A stretch of DNA of 64,000 bases from Clostridia bacterium (GCA_018434325.1 JAHDPO010000006.1:31668-95667), one strand, 5' to 3'. Positions 35,293 through 42,876 are shown, numbered from the stretch's first letter. The notes: generated by a model not told the origin, from the sequence alone. Translations and numbers: made by a program.

Positions 35293-36398
35293 TGAGCTTC
35301 ACCTCGGCTTACTACATTAAGCTTTCTTCCTTCCGTCACCGCATATTGGCCTTCCACGATGATCTGATCTCCTTCGGCCAAACCGCTGAGAACCTCCGCC
35401 TCATTGCCCAGGGTCATGCCGAGGGTTATCAGCTTTTTGCGAGCAACCCCGGCTTCTTCTACAAATACCACAGCCCGGTCTTCCATCCGTAAAACAGCAT
35501 ACTGAGGAATTACCAAAGCATTCTCGATCTTTTCTACCACCAGCTGGATTTCTCCATACATGCCGCCTTTAATCGCTAAATCCCGATTATCCACCTCAAT
35601 GGTAACCGTATAAGCCCTGGTCTGAGGATTGATATTCGGCGGCACGGTTTTGACCCGGCCCTTGACCGCATCCGCACTGAAAGAAGGGATCAGGATATCC
35701 ATCTCGTCTCCCGCTTTCACGCCCATAATATAATTCTCGCCAACCTGCACATCCAGCAGCAGCTTATCGATATTGACCACCATCGCCACCGGTGTGGAAG
35801 CGGCGGCCAGCTGGCCTTCCACTACCGGCAAAGCGCTGACAATGCCGTTAATCGTTGAGGTCACCGTCATTTTCTCCCGGTTTAACCGCAAAGATTCCAA
35901 TTGCAGATCAATCTGCTTAATCTGATTTTCCAAAGTGGTAAGCTGGCCTTCCGCCATGGCTCCCGCCTCAAACAAAGCCTTATTCTTATCATAGTTATCC
36001 TGGAGCTGCTCCTTATTTAACAGGAGATTCTGCTCCTGAATATCCAAGTCCCGCATATCCTGAGTCAAAATAACCTGGCCCTGACGCACGGGATCCCCGA
36101 CTTTGACGGCAACCCGCAGCACCTTGCTGCCAACGCCGCCACCCATCAGCGTCACCTCTTCCTGAGGACGCAAAAGGCCGCCCAGCGTCAGGGTCTTGTT
36201 GAGATCCCGGCGCACTGCCGCCGTCACCGTAACGGGCAGAGCGCTCTCTTCCTGAACCTCAGCGGCCGTTTCACTGCTGCCGGCCGTGGCCTGAGCCGTC
36301 TCGTTGCCGGCGCCGCAGCCGGCCAAGCCAAAGGTTAATAGACATAAAAAAGCCAAAGTGATAAAATCATACATATGCTTGCGAATTTTTTGGGACAT
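35289..36398 (-). CDS. RND efflux periplasmic adaptor (HlyD/MFP family) lipoprotein
   Basis: Lipobox FGLAG-C, then coiled-coil hairpin, lipoyl and beta-barrel segments (VKAGDEMDILIPS...). Confidence 0.85.
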   Translation of the reverse strand: MSQKIRKHMYDFITLAFLCLLTFGLAGCGAGNETAQATAGSSETAAEVQEESALPVTVTAAVRRDLNKTLTLGGLLRPQEEVTLMGGGVGSKVLRVAVKVGDPVRQGQVILTQDMRDLDIQEQNLLLNKEQLQDNYDKNKALFEAGAMAEGQLTTLENQIKQIDLQLESLRLNREKMTVTSTINGIVSALPVVEGQLAAASTPVAMVVNIDKLLLDVQVGENYIMGVKAGDEMDILIPSFSADAVKGRVKTVPPNINPQTRAYTVTIEVDNRDLAIKGGMYGEIQLVVEKIENALVIPQYAVLRMEDRAVVFVEEAGVARKKLITLGMTLGNEAEVLSGLAEGDQIIVEGQYAVTEGRKLNVVSRGEAQ

Positions 36399-36447
36399 AA
36401 TTATCTTTGCTCCTTTAAGATCAGCCTCTTTTTCTTTAACAAAAACC

Positions 36448-36501
36448 GACCGACCATTCGGTCAGTATATATATAATATATTCACAAGCCCGGTTTGTCA
36501 A
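36448..36501 (-). promoter_or_regulatory. Efflux operon promoter with a downstream palindromic operator
   Basis: Minus strand TTGACA (36501-36496), a 17-bp spacer, then TATTAT (36478-36473). The perfect inverted repeat GACCGA-ccat-TCGGTC at 36448-36463 lies just downstream. It is a likely TetR site. Confidence 0.6.
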
Positions 36502-36601
36502 AACGAAGTTTTTAATTGCAGATGCGAATCGCACCGTATAATTTCAAATGAACAAAACACCCTATAGAATTAGCGCCAAAATAGATATCGGGAGAGTAGA
36601 A

Positions 36602-38383
36602 ATGCCAAACCGCAAACCGGATGTTCCCTTGGTTCTGATCACCATTATTACGCTTTTCCTGACGGTCACCATATATGTGGGTACATATACCGCCGCTCTC
36701 CGTTTTTTAAGCCGGCGTGATTACTTAAACATTCCCACCGCTATGCTGGCTTTATTTTTCAGCTTTGTTTTTGTCTCTACCTGCATCATTTTGCTATTGG
36801 AGCACGAAGACCCCAGCCGCACCCTGGCCTGGCTGCTGGTATTGCTGGCCTTTCCCGTAGTCGGCTTTATTTTGTATTTGCTTTTTGGCCAGCGTCTGAT
36901 CAAAAAACAGAAGCTGAGCCGCCATTTACGCCGGGCCTACGGCCAAACGGGGCTTTTGGGCAAAACCACCCTGAGATTCCGCAAGGGTTTTTCTCCCATA
37001 ACCCCGGGCAGCTGTCCCTTGACGGAAATGAACAGGTTTCCTGAGGACTCTGTGCAAATGCGTATGAGCCACCTTATTTACAACAGCAGCGGCACTCGCA
37101 TCACCTGCTCCAACTGGGTCCACATCTTAAACGACGGTATCCGTATTTTCCCGGCCATGCTGACGGCTATCGCCGGCGCTAAGCATCACATCCATCTGGA
37201 AAGCTACATCTTGAGGGACGACGAGATCGGCAAACTGTTTTTTGAAATTTTAGCCGCCAAAGCCGCCGCCGGCGTACAGGTAAGAATCATCACCGACGGC
37301 GTGGGCTCTCTCAGCTTCAAAAATAAAAGAATTAAAGAGCTAAAAGAGCAGGGCATACAGGTTCAGGTCTATTTTCCCCTGCGCTTTACGCTGTTTCGCA
37401 ACAAGCTGAATTACCGCAATCACCGCAAGATCCTGGTGGCGGACGGCAAAATCGGCTTCGTCGGCGGCGCCAATATCGGCAATGATTATTTGGGCCTCTA
37501 TCCCGATATCGGCAACTGGCGGGATACCCAGCTGATGATCCAGGGTCCTGCCGTAGCCGATTTGCAGCGCATCTTTTTTCAGGACTGGGTCACCCTTACG
37601 GGCCGCCTTCCCCAGGACAGCACTGATAAGTATTATCCTTCTTTTACCGCGGCTGACCGGCTGGCCTCTGCCGATCCTATTTTTCCGGATTATTTGACTC
37701 ATCTGGGCAAAGTGACTATGGTAATGGCCCAGACTCTGGCCCTCAATGCGGCAGCGGCAGCCGGCAACAGCAACATAACGGCGGATCCCTTGTCCTCCAA
37801 CGAAGAAGGGCTGCCCCTTTTTCAGCCGGATTACAGTCAGGCAGTGCAGATTGCGGCCAGCGGCCCTGACAGTCCTTATGAATCCATTATGCAGGCTTAC
37901 CATTACGCCATTGCCACGGCAAAGCACACAATTTACATCACATCGCCCTACTTCATCCCTAACCAAAGCATTCTGACGGCTTTGAAAACCGCTGCCTTGG
38001 CCGGCATCGACGTCAACCTGCTGGTGCCCCGCAATCCCGATCACCAGTTAGTTTATATGGCGGCTATGCCTTACATTGAAGACTTGCTGGAGGATGGCGT
38101 TAAAGTCTGGCTTTACCGCAAAGGCTTCCTCCATTCAAAAATTGTTACGGTGGACGACACTATTGCTATCGTCGGCACCGCCAATATGGATCAGCGCAGC
38201 TTCGCCCTTAATTTTGAGGTGAACGCTCTGATTTACGATAAAAAAACGGTAGAAGAGCTGAATAAAGCCTTCCACCGGGATCTGGCCGACGCCGACGGTT
38301 TAGATCTGGCCGAGATGAAAAAACGACCCCTTTCCAGAAGAATACTGGAATCTACCAGCCGCCTTCTTTCGCCTCTTTTGTAG
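36602..38383 (+). CDS. cls: Cardiolipin synthase (PLD superfamily) with a long inter-domain insertion
   Basis: Two HKD motifs (HRKILVADG... and HSKIVTVDD...) and N-terminal TM helices. The start is uncertain. ATG 36602 has GGGAGAG upstream, while ATG 36548 sits 7 nt after a TATAAT and could be leaderless. Confidence 0.8.
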   Translation: MPNRKPDVPLVLITIITLFLTVTIYVGTYTAALRFLSRRDYLNIPTAMLALFFSFVFVSTCIILLLEHEDPSRTLAWLLVLLAFPVVGFILYLLFGQRLIKKQKLSRHLRRAYGQTGLLGKTTLRFRKGFSPITPGSCPLTEMNRFPEDSVQMRMSHLIYNSSGTRITCSNWVHILNDGIRIFPAMLTAIAGAKHHIHLESYILRDDEIGKLFFEILAAKAAAGVQVRIITDGVGSLSFKNKRIKELKEQGIQVQVYFPLRFTLFRNKLNYRNHRKILVADGKIGFVGGANIGNDYLGLYPDIGNWRDTQLMIQGPAVADLQRIFFQDWVTLTGRLPQDSTDKYYPSFTAADRLASADPIFPDYLTHLGKVTMVMAQTLALNAAAAAGNSNITADPLSSNEEGLPLFQPDYSQAVQIAASGPDSPYESIMQAYHYAIATAKHTIYITSPYFIPNQSILTALKTAALAGIDVNLLVPRNPDHQLVYMAAMPYIEDLLEDGVKVWLYRKGFLHSKIVTVDDTIAIVGTANMDQRSFALNFEVNALIYDKKTVEELNKAFHRDLADADGLDLAEMKKRPLSRRILESTSRLLSPLL

Positions 38384-38539
38384 GCGAAAAAACGTCTTGT
38401 TTGAGCCTGCATGCTATATGAAATATAACAACAAGCAGTAAATATGTCCTTTATTATTGTTTTTGCCAAAAGATGATGATATAGTGGAATCAAGGTAAAA
38501 AGAGGTGTTTAGCCTTATGAGCTGAAAGGAAGGTTCACA

Positions 38540-40111
38540 TTGAGCAGCTATAAACCCAAAGGGCCTTCTGAAGGCCTATTTAATATATATTCTTATAAAT
38601 CAAAATCTCCAATATCGGCAGAGGATATGGCGAAGCTGGATCGCTGTTTAGCTATCGTTATTAATAAGATGGTAGCAGAAGGAAGCTTAAGTCCCTATTT
38701 TCGAGATCTGCCGGAGAATCATCTTGACAAATATTGGGCAGACTTCCAGGCTCGTCTGGCCGCTAAAAATAGTCCCTTCCCCGCCGGCTTATCTGGTCAA
38801 GGCAATGGGAATGATAGCAAACTTATCCAAAAGGATTCGCTTCCTAAGCCAGCCGAAGGCCGGTCAACGGTGGTTAAGCTAAGGCCTCATCCCGACGATT
38901 TTTCCGAGAAAGATCTGGAGCTGGCCTGGCAGGATTTGCAGTCCAGACTGACTGCCGAGACTTCGTCTGTTTTACCGGGCAATCAAAGATTGGAGGCAGA
39001 CCCCATGATAAATATAACAATTGATGATATGGATAAGCTGTTGTCCCGTGGGATCTCTTCCATGTTTAATGAAGGTCATCGCCATGATGAAGCGCATCAC
39101 TATGATGAAGCGCATCACTATGATGAAGCGCATCACCATGATGATTTCGATTCCGCTGTCCCTTCCGAAGAAGAAATCGATTTGCTTTGGCAGGATTTAA
39201 AGGATAGAGTGGCTGCCAAAGTCAAAAAAGCTTCTCGGCGCACTAAGGAGCCGGAAGCCCTGGATGAGTTGACCGAGGCCAGAATGGATCAGCTTTTGTC
39301 CCAAGAGATTCGCGGCCTGGTAGGCGAGGCAGGCTTGATCCCCAGCCTGCCGGATCTGACGGCGCAAGATTTGGATCAGGCATTAACCGATTTTGTCGCG
39401 CGGCTGGACAAGCAAGATATTCCGGCGCCGGGCAACTGGCCTGCCGGCGCTGCTGCGGCGGCCGCCGCTTCCGCAGCCACGGTTGCTCAGTCTGCCGCTA
39501 CGGTTGCTCAGCCTGCTGCCACGGTTACCGGTTCCAAGCGAATAAGCAAAATATTGACGGTTATTGCGGCTGCCTTGATTTTGGCTTTGGCCTTGGGGGC
39601 TATCGGCTCCTTTATGCCCCGGGAAGTAACTGCCTGGCAGAAGAAGTTTCTGGCCTTCTTTACCGGCCGCAACGAATCCAGTGTGGTATTGAAGGAAATC
39701 AAGCCTTTGGAGCCGGGCATATACGAAATGGGCAGCTTCGAGGAAATAAATCAGTACGTGCCATTCGCACCGATTTACCCCTACGATAAGCTGCCCCCGG
39801 ACTTTGAAGAGAAAATGTTGAAATTAGAGAAGACTACAGACGGATTCTATAAAGTTGAATGGTTTTTGGTAAAAGAAAATGGAGAGTATATACAAATTGA
39901 ACAAAGCGACATTGCAAAAGATTCTTGGGGTATGATGCAAAATGAGCAGTCTGGTAATCAAAAGCTCGATTTAGGCAATGGGGAGATTTGTATAACACAA
40001 AATCAAGGCGCCAATGATCTTTATTGGTTGAATGAAGGAAAAATTTATATAATAACAAATATACGTGATTCTTCTATCATTATATCTTTATTAAAACAAT
40101 TGATATTTTAA
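38540..40111 (+). CDS. Orphan anti-sigma-factor-like membrane protein with a repeated cytoplasmic module and C-terminal DUF4367-like domain
   Basis: TTG start 6 nt after AAGGAAGG. Four copies of a [DE]x[DE]L[DE]xxWxD[FL]xxR[LV]xA helix motif and three copies of a MxKL/MDxLL motif. His-rich HDEAHHY x3 segment, a single TM (ILTVIAAALILALALGAIGSF), and an extracytoplasmic tail ending LYWLNEGKIYIITNI... Confidence 0.7.
   Translation: MSSYKPKGPSEGLFNIYSYKSKSPISAEDMAKLDRCLAIVINKMVAEGSLSPYFRDLPENHLDKYWADFQARLAAKNSPFPAGLSGQGNGNDSKLIQKDSLPKPAEGRSTVVKLRPHPDDFSEKDLELAWQDLQSRLTAETSSVLPGNQRLEADPMINITIDDMDKLLSRGISSMFNEGHRHDEAHHYDEAHHYDEAHHHDDFDSAVPSEEEIDLLWQDLKDRVAAKVKKASRRTKEPEALDELTEARMDQLLSQEIRGLVGEAGLIPSLPDLTAQDLDQALTDFVARLDKQDIPAPGNWPAGAAAAAAASAATVAQSAATVAQPAATVTGSKRISKILTVIAAALILALALGAIGSFMPREVTAWQKKFLAFFTGRNESSVVLKEIKPLEPGIYEMGSFEEINQYVPFAPIYPYDKLPPDFEEKMLKLEKTTDGFYKVEWFLVKENGEYIQIEQSDIAKDSWGMMQNEQSGNQKLDLGNGEICITQNQGANDLYWLNEGKIYIITNIRDSSIIISLLKQLIF
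39086..39139 (+). repeat. Three tandem 18-bp repeats (gatgaagcgcatcactat) encoding DEAHHY x3
   Basis: Units at 39086, 39104 and 39122. The third differs by one base. In frame. Confidence 0.85.
39476..39531 (+). repeat. About 2.7 tandem 21-bp repeats encoding ATVAQ(S/P)A
   Basis: gccacggttgctcagtctgcc / gctacggttgctcagcctgct / gccacggttaccgg. Confidence 0.8.
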
Positions 40112-40504
40112 TCAAGGTATCGAAATAGCACTGCAACCATAAGATAAAGTAACACCGCCGGCGGTAGCGGTCGCATATGCTCGATAATATCCCGGTGTCA
40201 GACCTGATTTGGCAGTAGAAAGAGTGTGCGTACTGCCAACACCATACTGGTTGCTATAAGTTTTACTGTCTATCTTCTCATAGACGCCGGAACGCACTTC
40301 CCGCTGTAAAGTTATTGTCACATCATAGTAGCCTGGCTCGCTAAGAACCGGAGTTCCAGTGCAGGTAATATAATTTGTTCCATTGCCGATACTAGATCCT
40401 ACCCCTGTAAGCGTAGCTACCGCCAAGGCTATCGTCGGCAAAATCGAGACCATCATCAACACAACGGCTAAAATCAGGGCAATACGTTTTCTACTCTTTT
40501 TCAT
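40112..40504 (-). CDS. Small secreted protein of unknown function
   Basis: 130 aa. Signal peptide MKKSRKRIALILAVVLMMVSILPTIALA, beta-rich Gly/Thr/Tyr mature part with two Cys. AGGAGG upstream. Its stop abuts the stop of the convergent 38540..40111 gene with zero spacing. Confidence 0.65.
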   Translation of the reverse strand: MKKSRKRIALILAVVLMMVSILPTIALAVATLTGVGSSIGNGTNYITCTGTPVLSEPGYYDVTITLQREVRSGVYEKIDSKTYSNQYGVGSTHTLSTAKSGLTPGYYRAYATATAGGVTLSYGCSAISIP

Positions 40505-40697
40505 TATCTTTTCCTCCTAAAAATAATTTGCGACAGTGAATTGTCGAATCTTAGACCACTGTGTCGGAAAAGCGTTTCTTTTCCTCGAATAATGTTAATT
40601 ACTCTAAAGGGCGAAACCTTTTTTTACTTAGATGGTCTAAATATTTTTAAGAGGATTTATGCTATCGTTTTCTAAGTTGCTCAGGTAAAAAGGTATA

Positions 40698-40740
40698 GAA
40701 AAAGCGCCGGCGGCATTAATATGTCTCCGGCGCTTTTCTA
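40698..40740. terminator. Bidirectional intrinsic terminator
   Basis: gaaaaagcgccgg / ccggcgcttttc arms with a 16-nt loop and T runs on both strands. Confidence 0.6.
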
Positions 40741-40822
40741 TGCTTTAAAAACCTATTTTTCCAGCTGATTCAATGTGATCTAATTCCTCGCAAAATTGTA
40801 GCGTGCTATTTATGGAGCGAAC

Positions 40823-40973
40823 TGCTCAAAAAAGTGAGTTGTGTGGAACCCTGCTCCGAATTCAGCCTAAAATTAGCGGTGATTCGCTCAAAAAACCGAG
40901 TTGTGTGCAACTATCAGCCCTCCAAATGGGTCTGAAGCACGATTAAACACCACACAACCCCAAATTTTGAGCA
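40823..40973. mobile_element. Variant TIR element (~151 bp), copy 4 / related subfamily
   Basis: tgctcaaaaaagtgagttgtgtgg (40823-40846), an internal second copy tcgctcaaaaaaccgagttgtgtgc (40884-40908), and an inverted end caccacacaaccccaaattttgagca (40948-40973). It shares the TG..CAAAA...AGTT...GTG pattern and size with the other copies. Confidence 0.5.
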
Positions 40974-41028
40974 TTGCAGCCAGCTAAAATCCACTCAAAG
41001 CCAGAGAAACTGGAAAGTCGAGGTGCGG

Positions 41029-41550
41029 CTATCCCCCATAGCCCATTTCTTTAAGCAGCCTGGCCAACACCGTCATCCGCTCCCCCAGCAGCTCACTGTC
41101 ATTGCTGAGCCCCTGGGAAAACAGTTTAATATCTTCATTGATCAGAGGATTATCCTGACAGACAGCCAGAGTCATGGCGTCCCCCTGAAGTCCCAGCCTG
41201 TCGATCAATGGCTTTGCTTCATCATAAAACTTAGGGTAGCGATAGGCCGTCTCCCGAAAATATTGGCTGGTGCGGCAGATCATAATCGCCAAATCCAACA
41301 CCCGGTGCAGAGGCAGCTCCTCCGATTGGCGAGACCATTTCTCCCCGGTATAACGCCAAACCTTGGCGGAGATATCCACCTTGCCCCGGTCATTCCACTG
41401 CGCCAAGCCCAGAGAAAGGCCTTTGGCGTCGCTGTCAAAAGCCGCTCTGCCGTCGACCCGCTCATAATCTTCCGCCACGATTACCGGCTTGTGCTTTAGT
41501 GCCACCGGTATTTTTTTGTTGCTTTCCTTTTTTGCCTGATTGTCCGTCAT
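41029..41550 (-). CDS. Hypothetical protein (173 aa), second gene of the GIY-YIG operon
   Basis: Start moved to MTDNQAKKESNKK (AGGGGTGG upstream). Conserved-looking core LGLAQWNDRGKVDISAKVWRYTGEKWSRQSEELPLHRVLDL. I cannot confidently recognise a family. Confidence 0.6.
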   Translation of the reverse strand: MTDNQAKKESNKKIPVALKHKPVIVAEDYERVDGRAAFDSDAKGLSLGLAQWNDRGKVDISAKVWRYTGEKWSRQSEELPLHRVLDLAIMICRTSQYFRETAYRYPKFYDEAKPLIDRLGLQGDAMTLAVCQDNPLINEDIKLFSQGLSNDSELLGERMTVLARLLKEMGYGG

Positions 41551-41617
41551 CGGCAAACCACCCCTTCTACTATTCTCTTGCACTTCGAGCGCTTTCTTCC
41601 TCCCCACTCCCTCTTCC

Positions 41618-41660
41618 TCCCGGATCAGCCTTCCCCCGGGTCATCTTGCCTCCCGGGTCA
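41618..41660 (-). repeat. Three direct repeats of TGA(C/T)CCGGG(A/G) at a 16-17 bp period in the intergenic spacer
   Basis: Plus strand tcccggatca (41618-41627), ccccgggtca (41634-41643) and tcccgggtca (41651-41660). Confidence 0.7.
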
Positions 41661-41690
41661 GCCGCACCTGAGGCGCCTGCTTTCTTCCGC

Positions 41691-42032
41691 CTATCTCACC
41701 TTCAGCATGTCGGGATAATTGGCCAGCCACATCTCCTGCAACACTTCCAAATCTTCTTTGTAATCGGTTTTACTTTCGTCTTTGTCGTAATCCAGGCCCT
41801 CTACGACCTCTATGCTCATGGCGTCCAAGCCGTATTGATCGAAATCTGCCTGCAACCGGGCATTGACATGCATACCACCAGCTAACCTGGCTCGGGTGCC
41901 ATTGATAACGCCTCGCAAATCGGCGGCAAACCCCACATAGACGGGAGCTCCGGGGCCAAAGCTTATCGTAAAAAGGCCCATATCGGGCTTACTTTGCTTA
42001 TACAGCTCTTTTAAAGCCTTTTTGTCTACCAT
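41691..42032 (-). CDS. Stand-alone GIY-YIG-like domain protein (113 aa)
   Basis: GLF-x10-YVG (GIY-YIG spacing), downstream Arg (LRGVINGTRARL), H/N (MHVNARL) and Glu (IEVVEGL). The overall pattern K..LKELYKQ.K..MG...Y.G...L...LQ.DF..YG.DA...EV.E matches small GIY-YIG proteins I recall from Firmicutes. Confidence 0.6.
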   Translation of the reverse strand: MVDKKALKELYKQSKPDMGLFTISFGPGAPVYVGFAADLRGVINGTRARLAGGMHVNARLQADFDQYGLDAMSIEVVEGLDYDKDESKTDYKEDLEVLQEMWLANYPDMLKVR

Positions 42033-42056
42033 GCAGCTATCCTCCTCATTAACAAA

Positions 42057-42116
42057 TTAGTTTACTAATTTAGTAAATTACTAGAATAGTATAGATAAAA
42101 AAATTACTTTTGTCAA
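42057..42116 (-). promoter_or_regulatory. Consensus-like promoter plus two palindromic operator-like sites for the GIY-YIG operon
   Basis: Minus strand TTGACA (42116-42111), a 17-bp spacer, then TATACT (42093-42088). The palindromes TAGTAA-a-TTACTA (42071-42083) and TTAGT-tt-ACTAA (42057-42068) lie between the -10 and the SD. Confidence 0.6.
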
Positions 42117-42184
42117 ATACTATAGATACCTATGTCGGTGTCAAGTTGTTGTAGCAGGCTTTGGTAATTTTGGGTAAATCCGTC

Positions 42185-42213
42185 TTGTATATTACCTAGC
42201 AGTATGGTATGAT
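42185..42213 (+). promoter_or_regulatory. Nitroreductase promoter
   Basis: TTGTAT (42185-42190), a 17-bp spacer, then TGgTATGAT (hexamer 42208-42213). Confidence 0.5.
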
Positions 42214-42282
42214 TAGTCCACAGGCTTAGGAATATCTACTGATAAATCATTTAAATCACTAAAAACATAGAGGAGGTGCCTC

Positions 42283-42876
42283 ATGGAATTTTTAGCAGCA
42301 GTAAAAAACAGACGGACAATTTACGGATTAGGTCAGGATATCAGCGTCAGCGAGAAGCGAATCAAGGAAATCGTTAAAGAGGCCGTACTGCATACTCCCT
42401 CAGCTTTTAATATGCAAAGCGCCCGGGTTCTGCTTTTATTTGGAGAGCATCACCATAAGCTCTGGAGTATCGTCAAGGAAACCCTGCGCAAAATCGTTAA
42501 GCCCGAAGCCTTCCCCAAGACGGAAGAAAAAATCGATACTTTTGATGCAGCCTATGGTTCATTGCTCTATTTCGATGACACCCAGGCAGTGGCGGCATTT
42601 CAGGAGCAATTCCCCAGATACAAGGAGAATTTCGCCATGTGGGCTCAGCACGCCAATGGCATGCTGCAGCATGTGATTTGGACAGCCCTGGAGGCAGAGG
42701 GCTTAGGCGTTAATATCCAGCATTACAATCCTATTATCGACGACGAGGTAAAAGCCACTTGGGGCGTTCCCCCCTCCTGGCAGCTGATTGCCCAAATGCC
42801 TTTCGGTTCCATTACCGCCCCCGCCGGCGACAAGGAGTTTGCCCCCATCGAAGAGAGATTAAAGATTTATCCCTGA
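42283..42876 (+). CDS. Nitroreductase-family NAD(P)H-flavin oxidoreductase
   Basis: 197 aa. N-terminal AVKNRRTIYGL...HTPSAFNMQSARVLLL pattern of the nitroreductase fold. Confidence 0.8.
   Translation: MEFLAAVKNRRTIYGLGQDISVSEKRIKEIVKEAVLHTPSAFNMQSARVLLLFGEHHHKLWSIVKETLRKIVKPEAFPKTEEKIDTFDAAYGSLLYFDDTQAVAAFQEQFPRYKENFAMWAQHANGMLQHVIWTALEAEGLGVNIQHYNPIIDDEVKATWGVPPSWQLIAQMPFGSITAPAGDKEFAPIEERLKIYP

Noticed and set aside
40659-40688. A 9-codon mini-ORF (MLSFSKLLR) with an AAGAGGA SD just before the bidirectional terminator.
   Set aside because: It is too short to evaluate and no promoter is evident. It is probably a chance occurrence within the leader or terminator region.
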